Assembly (NCBI GenBank): GCA_003427395.1
Contig: BFEA01000004.1
Location: forward strand, 8,709,447-8,769,277
Direction: 5' to 3'
DNA: 59,831 nucleotides
From: Chara braunii
Lineage: Eukaryota; Plantae; Charophyceae
Part shown: one piece after another, positions 24,864 to 35,971 of the stretch
How positions within the stretch are numbered: position 1 is the stretch's first letter
Layout of the letters: each line of letters begins with the position of its first letter
Notes under the pieces: model-generated
Seen by the model: only the letters and a program-made list of their open reading frames with translations
The model's database searches: none
What the model was told of the DNA's origin: nothing
Translations under genes and position numbers: made by a program

Positions 24864-27026
24864 CCGGACAAAAAACAAACGTCAGAAAAAAAAAAAAAAA
24901 AAAAAAAAAGCCCACCATAAAGACCGCTTGGAATAAAAACCATTTTGCCTTTGTTCCCGACCACGTACATTCACCAACAGACTGTCTGACTTCCCGGCCT
25001 GAGACTGTCCACTCGGTACAATCGTGAAAAAACGCGAAAGACAAAAAAACAGCACTCATCACTACTACCCCTCTACCCGAACCGTCCCTCCCTCACTATC
25101 CGCTCTGTTCACCATCTTCTAAATCCCTTTCCCTCTGTTCCCGACCACATGCATTCCGACCCGTACCTTCATTACTATCTAAGCCCCCCAGCCCATCTCC
25201 GACAGTATCCACGACCCGTCTTCCTAACTTAATCTGCGACGAGCGATGTGGGGGGGAAGAGATCGGTCGGTCGCGTGGCGGCGCTTGGTGCGCTAATGTG
25301 CGCTAATCTGGCGCTAACGCAAGACCTTACACCACGACTCTCCGTAATCCCGAGATGATGAAGCAGGTAGGCGCCGAAGGTTGCTAGCCACCCGACATGT
25401 GGTGTATACATCTTCGTTATAGATTTTCCTTTGATGTGACATCTGCTTCCGCGCGGTATGGTCGTACGGCGTTTCCCCTTGGGAAGACCTTGGGGCAAGA
25501 AGTAGCTGGTCTCCTATGGGGACAGCGTGAAACGCCTCCGCTACCGGTAGCGGCGCTTCCCGTAAGAGTGGGAGACCTACAGGGGGCAGTGGGAGCGTCA
25601 CCAGTATCTACGGCATATTGCGCTTGTTCACACGGACAGTGGAGATATGGAGATTTTGGATGGGAGTCTGTGTGACTGTAGGGCTTGCTATAGCTTCCGC
25701 TATGGTGTTGGTACCTCCAGCTTCTTGAATGGGCGGAGGCCATCCCTGCAGCCCCTCCCCTCAATATACACTTGCACACGTACACACTGTTCCTGCTCAA
25801 AGTGCCACTGAACTTCACGTTTTTACTTGGACACGACTGGGGAGCAGGAGTACAAAACAGAGGAGATGATTGTATCTATCTGCATTCCAAGGCTGAATAC
25901 ATCCAAGATGCAGGGATTGTGACGGGTGGCACCAGCACTTCCAACTGGGCGTTTCCTGTGGCAGTGGGAGAGCCAACGGTTGCGGTGGGAGCGATGTTGG
26001 GAGAGGTATGCCAAGAGCTAGTTGGAAGCCAACTCGGCGTTTCCTCACAAATTCCTGTGGCAGTAATTTGTCACTCTTCAGGCACATTTAGTCACAACTC
26101 CAGATTCACCTTCCCTGAAGACTATCGTGGAGGATAGAGACCATCTGGGCCAGTGGAATATCAGATGCCCTTTCGGAAGTAGGTAGCCGGAACTTTTGGC
26201 CAGATTCAAATGTTGTTATTTCTGTTTCTGGTTGTAAGTTTAGGCTTGATTCGTTTTTGTTACTCTAATTGCGAGTTGTTTGCATCTCATAATTGTTTTG
26301 GGACGGACCACACGTTTTCTATAAGATCACACTCTCTAAATTTTGCATGTAAGCACGATTCAAGGGTAGATGCACTCAATTTTGCAGCACGTTGATAGGC
26401 GAGATAATTGTTGTCAACTGCTATGAGGGAATCGTGCGTAGCACATGTATCTGTACTTAGAGCCATTTGTGGGATAGGTACAACTTCTACTTTATTCATG
26501 AGTGTAATAAGCTTTAGTGGAGTGCAATTACTTTCTACCTGGTTAAGGAGGGTGATTAAGGGGTATAGGAGGTTCATAATCGGAAGGTCCTACATGTTTC
26601 CTCACGGCCCCCAGTTTCCTTCTGATGCACCTGGACTATTTTCAGTAATTTCGTTCTGTTTCTGCCTGTCTTCATAATAAGTCGTCAGTTTTGCATTGAG
26701 GATTTGCTGGCAGCTGGGGCTGTTGTTGCTCTTTCTAATGGTTGGGCGAGGTCGGATGGTTGAATTCAGCCAATAAAGCATTTTAACAAAACTCTAGGAT
26801 GAGATCCTGGGTTCCGTGGAATGTGTTCTTACTGGAATGGACCTGGTCCCAATAGTACGCTGGTTACAGGGTTGATCAGATCTCGTCACGGAGATAGCTG
26901 GAGATAGATAGACAGCATTTAGATTCACGGCTTTTATTCAATCCTGGTATAAAGGAGTGCTCTGTGTTAGCATTTTCAGATGGTGTGGTTGGTAGAGAGT
27001 CCTGACTCTTCTGCGAAAGTTTTTTC

Positions 27027-28989
27027 TTAGTACATTTTCACGTTTTTGCGTTCGGTTTCCAGCTCTCGAGCATGGAGAAGACTGAGAGAGAGGATGCAGA
27101 TTCTATGTTTGTGTTCCCACTCACGGTTACTCTTAGGCCTTTGTTCCATAATGGCAATTCGACAGTAAGACCGTGACCGAGCGTTAATGGCCTTTTCCTT
27201 GAAAACGGAAAAGGAAAAAAGTGATGACAACGTTTTTTTGTTATATGGTACGGTATGACGGTAACGAGAGATTACACAACCGATAGGATTCCGCTTGGGC
27301 ATGCTCACGGCAGGACTCAGATAGCGAGAGCTCGATAACAGAGAGGATTCCATGTTGGTATACACTCTCGGTAGGTAGGAATTTCCTGCAGGTATCTGAC
27401 CACAATTATGTCCACATTCGGTAGACAATCTAAGCACAAAATTGGTGGAATTTTGAGGGATTGCATTTAAAGATCCAAGGGTGCGTGGTGGGAAACCCAT
27501 CAAGGAGGTTCTGGCTTGCTTTGGGCTGCAGACGGTTTTTGAGTTGCCCGCCCTATACTGTGTCTGTCTCTCGAGCCATGTTCCAAAATGACACGTGAGC
27601 GCTTTAAAGGAGATGAATTGAGCTCTTTTGTGGGTTTCGCCCCGGCTCCCCCGCAGAATGTCCTCCAGAGCTCTTGACGTGACAGCATCGGCCGCATCGA
27701 TGTTTATCTTGTTTACCGGGCTACAACTTTTGTTCTTAGACGCCTTGTCTGAGTTTTCAGACGACTCTGGCAGCTGGGGTTTCTTTTTCCCCGGCTCATG
27801 TTCCGACTGTTTCGATGGGGCCGAACTGGATCGACAAGAACCCTCGGATTTGGCAAGCGGGATTTTTCCCTTTTTTCCCCGTGTCGCTCCTTTGCTATTC
27901 ATTTTAGCAGCGTTTCCCTCCCTGGTGTTATTTTTGTGAGGTCGCATCCCCTCCCACCTTGCCTTGACCACGTTTCTGAAATTCGTTCCAACCGGTGGCA
28001 GAAGGTGTTCGACCCATAGGAACGGGGGGGGTTCTTTCGCTGTCTGGTCAACAAAGGGGTCAGTTTCCGCCGCATGACAACAACTATCTGATTCACTATG
28101 ATAGTGCATTTTACAGACGTTGCACCAAGGAGTTGCGATCGAAATGACTTCCACATGGTGTTCTCCTTTTTTAGGAATACCTATAATCAATTTTCGTTTA
28201 ACTCTGAATTCGGCCAAGGGGTCCAAATCAAAACGAACATTCCCCAATTTAGGTTCGTCCTCATATTCTTCGAACAGGTGGCGTTTTACCACTCAACGAA
28301 AATTTTATTCAACAGCAATATGAAGGGGAGTCATCAATTGCATCGGGACGTTTAAACATTGAATCCATAATATTTTTGGCTTACCTGTGCTTTTGAAAAA
28401 TTTCATTTCTGACAGGTCAATCCACGACAGGAAAGTAACGTTCTAAGATTTGTCATTTAATTTTATAGATACCCTTCGTTCCTGACAAAGTCATTCCATG
28501 ATTTTCACTGTGCTTGCCACATATTTGATACCTTTCGTGTTTGGTCTCCAGATCAACGTCGCCACTATCATACCAAGAGTTTTCGTACGCACGAACTAGC
28601 TCTTTTTTTGTGTCATTAGACAAATTATCGGCCTCTTGATGAAATTGGATAGTAACGGCGTGCTCCCTAAGCCACTCGCTCTGGGCATCTGAAAAGTCCT
28701 CATCCAAGTCCAATCAAGCGAAGTCGTCACCCAATTCGGTAGTCCCGATACAGAGTCCTGATGGGAGTAACCCATCGTGAAAGTACGCATCCAACAACTC
28801 TTTGACGTAAACTTTTTCCTCATTTGTGTATGTGCGTTTGACATTAGGATCCGAATTCAATATTGTGCCAGCATACAAATTCGGGAGATTAGTTACAATT
28901 TCCATGACGGACAGGCCAACCCCCTCCAAGGTTAAGAAGGCAACCAGATACCAACTACCAAAATGAATCAAAAGGAAAACATAAGTCAA
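27027..28989 (-). pseudogene. Degraded LINE ORF1 homologue with no recognisable ORF2 downstream
   Basis: DGLLP, WLREH, LVRAYENSWY, PKLGNVRFDL and TPWCNVCKMHYH align by eye with ORF1 of the 17.4-24.7 kb LINE. Confidence 0.75.
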
Positions 28990-29204
28990 TCTATATTAGG
29001 CCTCAATAAATAAGAACAAATTTAGTATTCGAGTCTTATCGTCATTAGAAGTGGACGCTCACCCTCATGAGTTCTAATGGTGGGAGACGACAGTTCCAGC
29101 ATTCCGACTTACTATCCTTGTGCTTCCGAATCGAGGGCAGGGATAGCGGAGTGTAGCTCAGAGTCCCCCTGGGAGAAAACTTTCACCCCATTCAATACTT
29201 TAAC

Positions 29205-29748
29205 CTAGGTAACATGGGTTATCTGGCCGGATAATCTGGTCGGATTATCTGGCCAGATGATCGGGGGGTAGGATCATCCGGAAATCCGGATGATTGAAAA
29301 AAAAAACTAAAAAAAGCAAAAAAAAAAAAAAAAAAAAAGTGATATTGCGCATGCAAAATACAATAGAACTACGTTCCTATTTCATGAAAAGCTTGATAGG
29401 GCCTGGAAGGGTTCAAAGGGGATAAGTTAGGGAATAAAGGGGTTTAGAGGGGGGATGCTTAATGCATTCTATAAATTTTTATCTAAATATTATTTTCTTG
29501 TTCTGTTTTATTTTTTATCTTTATATTTGTTGAGTAATCAAAGATGGCATCAAGCCAAAAGTTGTTCATATCATTGATATGAACAACATAATTTTTTTCC
29601 AGATTTTTTTGAATTTTTTTTTCGGTAAAAAAATATATATTTTGCGCAGGGCTGGATTTTTCATATCCGGAATCAATCCGGAAATTTTCATCCGGATTGA
29701 AAATTCCGGATAAAATTGGTCTGCCGGATATCCGGATTTGCTACTTAG
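29205..29748. mobile_element. Non-autonomous hAT element (544 bp)
   Basis: 8-bp TSD ACTTTAAC (29197-29204, 29749-29756), imperfect TIR CTAGGTAACA/TGCTACTTAG, subterminal CCGGAT repeats. Confidence 0.85.
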
Positions 29749-30004
29749 ACTTTAACAGTTGCTTCCCTGAGTAGGACAGCACTGTAGCTCTCCTAACTGC
29801 CACAACCAGTCTTTGACGGGCGGGGAACGTTCCAGTTACCTGGAAAATGACGAAAAGTCACCGTACCATGGCAATGACAGCTATTTGGAGCGGTGCGTTG
29901 GCGCCCTTGGAAAATAGCGCTCGGAGCGTCGCCGCTATCCTCCTCTTCTCCGCGAGGCCCTCCAAAATGTGAATTTTCGTTAGAAAACACAGGAAGATAC
30001 ACCA

Positions 30005-30135
30005 CTGTATTTTTTTTGTTTTGCGCAGGGGCCAGATGCTAATCTTCTCTGTATTTTTTTTGTTTTGCACAGGGGCCATATCTCTGTATTTTTTTTTGTT
30101 TTGCGCAGGGGCCATATGCTAATCTTCTCTGTATC
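30005..30135. repeat. Short tandem array ctgtatttttttgttttgcgcaggggccatat x3
   Basis: Seen directly in the sequence. Confidence 0.8.
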
Positions 30136-30598
30136 ATTCCAATTTTAACAGATGTCCCGACAAACAATTTTTTTTTTCCGGGCATTTGTACATGTGGTGA
30201 GTAGTAGAGCGAGGTTGTTTCTTTCAGGGGTTGTGGCAAACGAAGGGGCAAAAGTCGTGGCCCCGTTGCTCGAGGTTGGGCCCCGCTTGAGCACAGGGGA
30301 CCTACGCAGTAATTGGCCGCTTGCAAGGTTGATTATTACTTATTATAAATCGCCTGTTGAATGTGGACAGGATAGGAAGGCCTTTGAGGCCTTTTCTTTA
30401 TTGTCATGGAACGGGGAACCCGTCGCAGCCACATTCATCCTCAAGCCTCCAACGAGGGAACATGCGGGAGCTGCACCCACCAGCACGTGCGATACGGCCA
30501 GGGGCCAGCCCGTAGCATCAGGACCGATCTTCTTTGATGAGTCGGTCACTGTGCGTCCCCTCCCCCTATGAACATCAGCAGTCTCTGCTCAATGCCAC

Positions 30599-31669
30599 AG
30601 GTACCCCGCTTGCGCGGAAGCCCAGCCACCCAGGTGCGGGAAGCACCGAAGCGCAGCCACTCAGGTGGGGGAAGTGGAAGCGCAACCACTCAGGTGCAGG
30701 AAGCGTGGAAGCGGAGCCACTCAAGTGCGGGAGCAAGAGCGGATCGTTAGTGCAGAAGCTCAATCTTTCTACTTCTTGACAAACTGTCATTTTTTTCATT
30801 TGGTGAGCCTTGTCGACGCAGAAGCCCGGCATTGGGTCTTTGCTCCTGCATTCAGGTCATGCATTCACCAAATGCGATGTGCCCCTCTGTGTTCGTTTTA
30901 ATAAAATCCAACGCCTCGAAAACAATTCTCTCTCGCTGCTTTTGAAAAGAAAAAGGACCCAATCTATGGCACATATACTCATCGCTTCTGAAAAATCATT
31001 GAATGCATATGCCGCAGACCAGATAATTATATTTTCAAAGGTGGTGAAGCATTCAGGCTTTGGCCGTTTGTCGTAATGTGCAAGGGGCATTTTGTTGTTG
31101 TTTTTGGTTTAGTTGAACCCGTGTTTTCAAATTCACAATCTGCTATAGGGGATCGCTACACAACCTTTCAAAACGAGGCATTTTTCGAAAGTGGTCAGAC
31201 GAAATTCGAAAGGAGTACTTTCGAACGAAAAGTCCCCTTACTGATGGGCATAGCTCAGTTGGTACACCCACGAATTGTTCAAATACAGACCCAACTTTGA
31301 ATTAGCCAAAATAAAATTGTTCTGAACTTCCTGGGGGCCGTTCAATTCAAGGGAAATTTTTCGAAATGCCCTTCCGAAATCCATTTACTTGCAGCATGCC
31401 CTCAAACGGCCGACTTACCCTGTCGTGCCCCTTCGCAATGATTTGAGTTTCCGAAGAAAAAAAACGGTGTTGTTTGGGCCTGAAAAATGTTCAAAATGCC
31501 TCTACCTGTACCAGTTTTAAATTTCTAGTATGCCCCTACTAGATAGTCGTTGGGTACAAGCCCAAAAAAATTCCATATGCCCCTACCGATACCTTGCATC
31601 TTTCCAGTATCCTATCGAATGAATCTTCCACTATAAAAAACACAAAAATATACACTTCTACACGTGTGT

Positions 31670-31745
<76 letters not shown>

Positions 31746-32446
31746 GTGAGAGAGAGAGAGAGAGCGAGGGTTTTCGATATGCACGTTAGGGCCTCGCTAC
31801 ACTACTCTCGCCACTTCGAATGGACCACCACCACCATCACATCGACTGCACCACCACTGCATCGACCGCACCACCACACCAACCACAGAGTTGCACGAAC
31901 ATTCGAATCGAATTTGAATCGATTCACCGATCGAATTGTGGATTGTGTGATTGTGTGTCGATGGATCGACCATAGCGTCGTCGGGATTCGAATTTTGAAG
32001 CAAAGCAAAAACAAGGGGGGGGGGAAAGAACGATCTCCCAAAAACATATTATACCCGAACCCATCCCCCCAAATACCCATACCCTACCCGCTCGCCCAAA
32101 CGAAGACGCAGCCTTACCTGCCCGCCCAAATGAAAACGCGGCCTCTGGCTCCGAACTCGCCAAAACGACCCCCTCACAGAAACGACAAAACAAAAACGGT
32201 CGCCCCAAAAAGGAAAGGTCGGGTGTCGCTCGCCACCGCCAACGGACGACCTATGCGACCTATAGTTGGTCGTCCACGCTCCAACCTCTGCACCAACCGT
32301 TTGGCCTACCAGTCTCTGCCCTGCCGCCGACCACACACCTTGTCGATGCCCATAAACCCCTTTCGCGGTCGTCGACATTTCCTGAAAAATACCTCCTCGC
32401 TACGCGACAAAATGCAACCGGGTATAGCGCAGCCTCTTGGCTGCGA
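30599..32446. mobile_element. 1.85-kb insertion splitting a SINE family B copy
   Basis: SINE sequence resumes exactly on both sides (aatgccAC | ACtcgggggg). ~30-bp tandem repeats at the left end, a hairpin at the right end and an internal (GT)n. Confidence 0.6.
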
Positions 32447-33186
32447 ACTCGGGGGGACCAACGGCATAGCTCTAGGTGGCGGGGGCCAAGCTTGCACAGG
32501 AAGGTGCATGAGGCCAATGGGGATTGAACGCAAGACCTCCTAAATGCCACTCGCATGCCTTACTACTATGTTCATATGTCCCTTTTCTTTTAAAAAAAAT
32601 AAATAAAAACCCTTATGCAGGGTCTTTATTCCAGTGGTGGTAAGAGAATTGAGACTTTGCCTGTCGGGTTTCTCCATCTATTGGTGGGGAGCGACACCTG
32701 CTGGAAACCGGGTCCAGCGTCCCTTGGATACATCTCATGAGTACAGCATTTGTCGGCTCTGAGGCCATGTCAGTTTCTATTCCCGGAGCACCATCTTCCC
32801 ATCTGGGCTACTTCTTTCACCCTCCCTACTTCTAGAGATCCTACTTCCTACTCACCCAACCCTCACCTGGAAGCTTGCTTGTTGTGTCATTCTATCTTAT
32901 GGCTCATTAGTCCGAGCTCAATTCCAAGCATCTGCAGCCCCCATGTTACATGTTTGTCCAGTGTCTTTGTGGGTTAACCTAATGAGCCAGCCTGATTGTC
33001 CTGAGAAAGCAATTTTATAGTCTCACTATCATTGTGGCAACTTTAGACAGATGCCGTTGTGTTTCGCTGTGTTTCACTGTCTGACGTGAACGTCATGGGG
33101 GTCCCTCTGAGTTTGATGTTTTTTAGTGGTCGGTTACAGAGTTGCTGATGTTGGATGATCAGGGTGGCTATCGGCTGAGCAAGGAA

Positions 33187-33593
33187 NNNNNNNNNNNNNN
33201 NNNNNNNNNNNNNNNNNNNNNNNNNNNNNNNNNNNNNNNNNNNNNNNNNNNNNNNNNNNNNNNNNNNNNNNNNNNNNNNNNNNNNNNNNNNNNNNNNNNN
33301 NNNNNNNNNNNNNNNNNNNNNNNNNNNNNNNNNNNNNNNNNNNNNNNNNNNNNNNNNNNNNNNNNNNNNNNNNNNNNNNNNNNNNNNNNNNNNNNNNNNN
33401 NNNNNNNNNNNNNNNNNNNNNNNNNNNNNNNNNNNNNNNNNNNNNNNNNNNNNNNNNNNNNNNNNNNNNNNNNNNNNNNNNNNNNNNNNNNNNNNNNNNN
33501 NNNNNNNNNNNNNNNNNNNNNNNNNNNNNNNNNNNNNNNNNNNNNNNNNNNNNNNNNNNNNNNNNNNNNNNNNNNNNNNNNNNNNNNNNNNNN
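33187..33593. other. Assembly gap (N)
   Basis: Run of N; a second gap at 43564-43578. Confidence 1.
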
Positions 33594-33730
33594 GGGGGGG
33601 GTTGGGATGGTAGAGGGGGGGTTTGTGACTGGGGAGCGGAGGGGGCGGGGACCAGCCTCTAAACATTGATCTGGTTCTCCTGGGGCTGGATGCACTTTTG
33701 CTAGCGCACTTTTATACTGACCCGGCGCCG

Positions 33731-33921
33731 GTGTGGGAAAGAACTCGATCGATATGCATGTCCACAGATGGTCCTGTGTTGCCCAACTCTTCAAGTTCCA
33801 TGTTAGCCTTTCGTCGTTCTACGGCGACAATGTGGGGAAGAACTCGATCCATATGTATGTCTATAGGTGGTCATGTGCTGCCCAACTCTTCAAGTTCCAT
33901 GTTAGCCTTTCGTCGTTCTAC
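33731..33921. repeat. ~99-bp tandem duplication
   Basis: gtggg(a/g)aagaactcgatc...gttagcctttcgtcgttctac x2. Confidence 0.85.
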
Positions 33922-33959
33922 CTGGCCAGTTTGTAATTTGAATCCACTCTGCTGTGAAG

Positions 33960-34750
33960 GCCGCAATTAGTTTTTGCCTAGTCTCTTGGTCAGGAGCTGC
34001 ACTCACCATTTCTATTGACTTTTTGCTGGCTTTCAACATGTTTGCCCTGATTACCTCAAAAAGTTCAGCCTTGGCTTGGTGAAATCCAAAGGCCTCTTCT
34101 TGGCGCTTTGCTGAGCACCTTATCCTCCAGATGAAGGGCAAGTCTCATGTGCTCGAAAAAGTTACCTTGGAAGGGTGTCCAGGTGGAAGGGAAGCTTCTT
34201 TGTTTTCCTAGCAAGATGAGGGCAATATTCCATTGAAATGGTGAGCCCGTGAGCTCATGCCACATCTCTTCCCACCATTATCAAACCTGCACTACCATGT
34301 GGCACGTCAGTAGGTAGTGTTCCAGACCAGCCTGTCTACGTTGTGCTCCCTTTCCGCAGTGGGAGCATATGGGGGACAAGGCACATATTTGGTCTAGGTA
34401 AGTGTGTGTGGTTATCCAGTACGGTATTAAGAGGCAGTGGTGTATAATATGTCACTATAGCCCCTATGTGATGTTGCCATTATATGAGCATATGTGGTCC
34501 ACAGGGGATATGGAGTAGCTGCCCGTGTTGCAGTCGTGAATCTCGTCTCCATTGCGTTTGGATCACCGAGTGGAGACGTGTGGTTTGTGCACCTGTTTGT
34601 AACCCCCTCGTACTGAGTATTTTCATATTGGTGTGGGTTTCCATCCTTTACATTCCCATTCTTCTCCATCGAATATGTGACGTGCCAGCTTTCGTACCTG
34701 AACGAGCTTCGTAAGCCCTGAGTTTTGCTATTCATTCTTCTTAATTTCTA
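33960..34750 (-). pseudogene. Degraded LINE ORF2 C-terminal (zf-RVT region) fragment
   Basis: Trp-rich remnants such as WHELTGSPFQWNIALILLG, resembling the region after the zinc finger in the full LINE. Confidence 0.4.
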
Positions 34751-35971
34751 ACAGGCCTTATGGGTACCTTCTTTTTGGTTGGTGGGTAATGCATGGAATC
34801 AATGACCATCAAGGCCCTCCCACGATTAAGACGTTGTTTTTCTCGGACTTCTTCGGAATTTCTTTTTCAGCAATTCATGAATTTTATGTAGGAATTACAA
34901 GCACCTTAGCGAGCGCGCCACGAATTTTATTTGACATTTGGGAGCTCCAGCATCTGCGGCCGCATTTCCCACGAGCGTATCCTTTTTTTTAATTGCACAT
35001 GAATGTTCTCAAATTTGCCCTTGAAAGCTCTGTGAATTTTCAGTAGGAATCTGAATAGGCGTAGGATTTCCACTCGTCTATTTTCGCGAGCAGATAGTGC
35101 TTTTGATTTTTCAATCTCGAATTAGTTTGAGGATTAGGATAGACGCAACGTAACTGTTTCGGGGCCTTTTTGTTCCTGCGTCGGCGCTATGCATGCAAGC
35201 TTTCCCTGCGTCCCACCGTGCTCCATACCATTTTTTCCTTCGCGCCTCCTCCCATTGACCTGTAATTGTTTTTCATCCTCTCTCCCTTCGCGCTTCTCCC
35301 CTCCTCTTCTGTCTGAATCGTGGTCCCGCTCTGCACTACTTTTTGCGCCCTCTTTCTTCTCGCCTTTATCACCGTATCAGAAGTCCCTATCGATCCTCCC
35401 CCAAGAGTCTTCGAGCCATCAGACGACGTCGTGTAAGGAGGATTAATCCCATCACGCTGTGATCTGATTGGCTGCGAAAGAACTTGCGAGGATCGATATG
35501 GCTTTCCCCGGGCGATTAACCCCTATTCTCTCTTCTCTACCTCTTGTCCCCGCCCCGCTCTCTCTCTCATCTTCTATTTTTTCCTTCGCAACTACAAAAT
35601 CCGCAAGCACATCTGAAAAACTCTCCCTTAACCCATCTGCTAGCTTTTGGGAAGTAGTGGCTAGATAACGTAGTCATTAACGAGTCGGAAAGTCCTGACA
35701 AGCTGACTGTAGTTTTGTGAGGTTGTGTGTGGGGTGGCCGCGACGGACTGCAAGACCCGGGCAAGTTGGTGTAGAAGGTGAGTTGGCGGGGTGACGATCG
35801 TTGAAGTGTAGAGGTCAGTATGTGGCGATCGGGATCGCCAGTACCTGGGTAAGGAAGGTGTATTTGTATACACCTGGTTGTATGGCTCAAGGCCATGATC
35901 AAAAAGCAGGAGGCTTGTGCGCCTCGATTTTGGGGTTTTCCCTTTTATTTTTGAAGCTAAGTCTACAGCGG

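Larger units (their letters stand above)
2353..25020 (-). pseudogene. Multi-exon SAMD9/SAMD9L-like gene (SAM - AlbA_2 - SIR2-like - STAND NTPase), pseudogenised
   Basis: At least 10 minus-strand exons, mostly with polypyrimidine-AG acceptors, GT donors and matching codon phases; the joins between 13.3 and 8.1 kb are unresolved. The joined translation matches SAMD9 motifs in the right order. Several in-frame stops (mostly TGA), 1-2 nt frameshifts and a LINE insertion. The 3' part probably continues beyond the window start. Confidence 0.65.

Noticed and set aside
31668-32543. 291-aa ORF, and similar ORFs at 511, 9541, 12276, 33043-33794 and 44136
   Set aside because: Open only because of microsatellites, N runs or low complexity; the 44136 ORF is not kept intact in the second LTR copy
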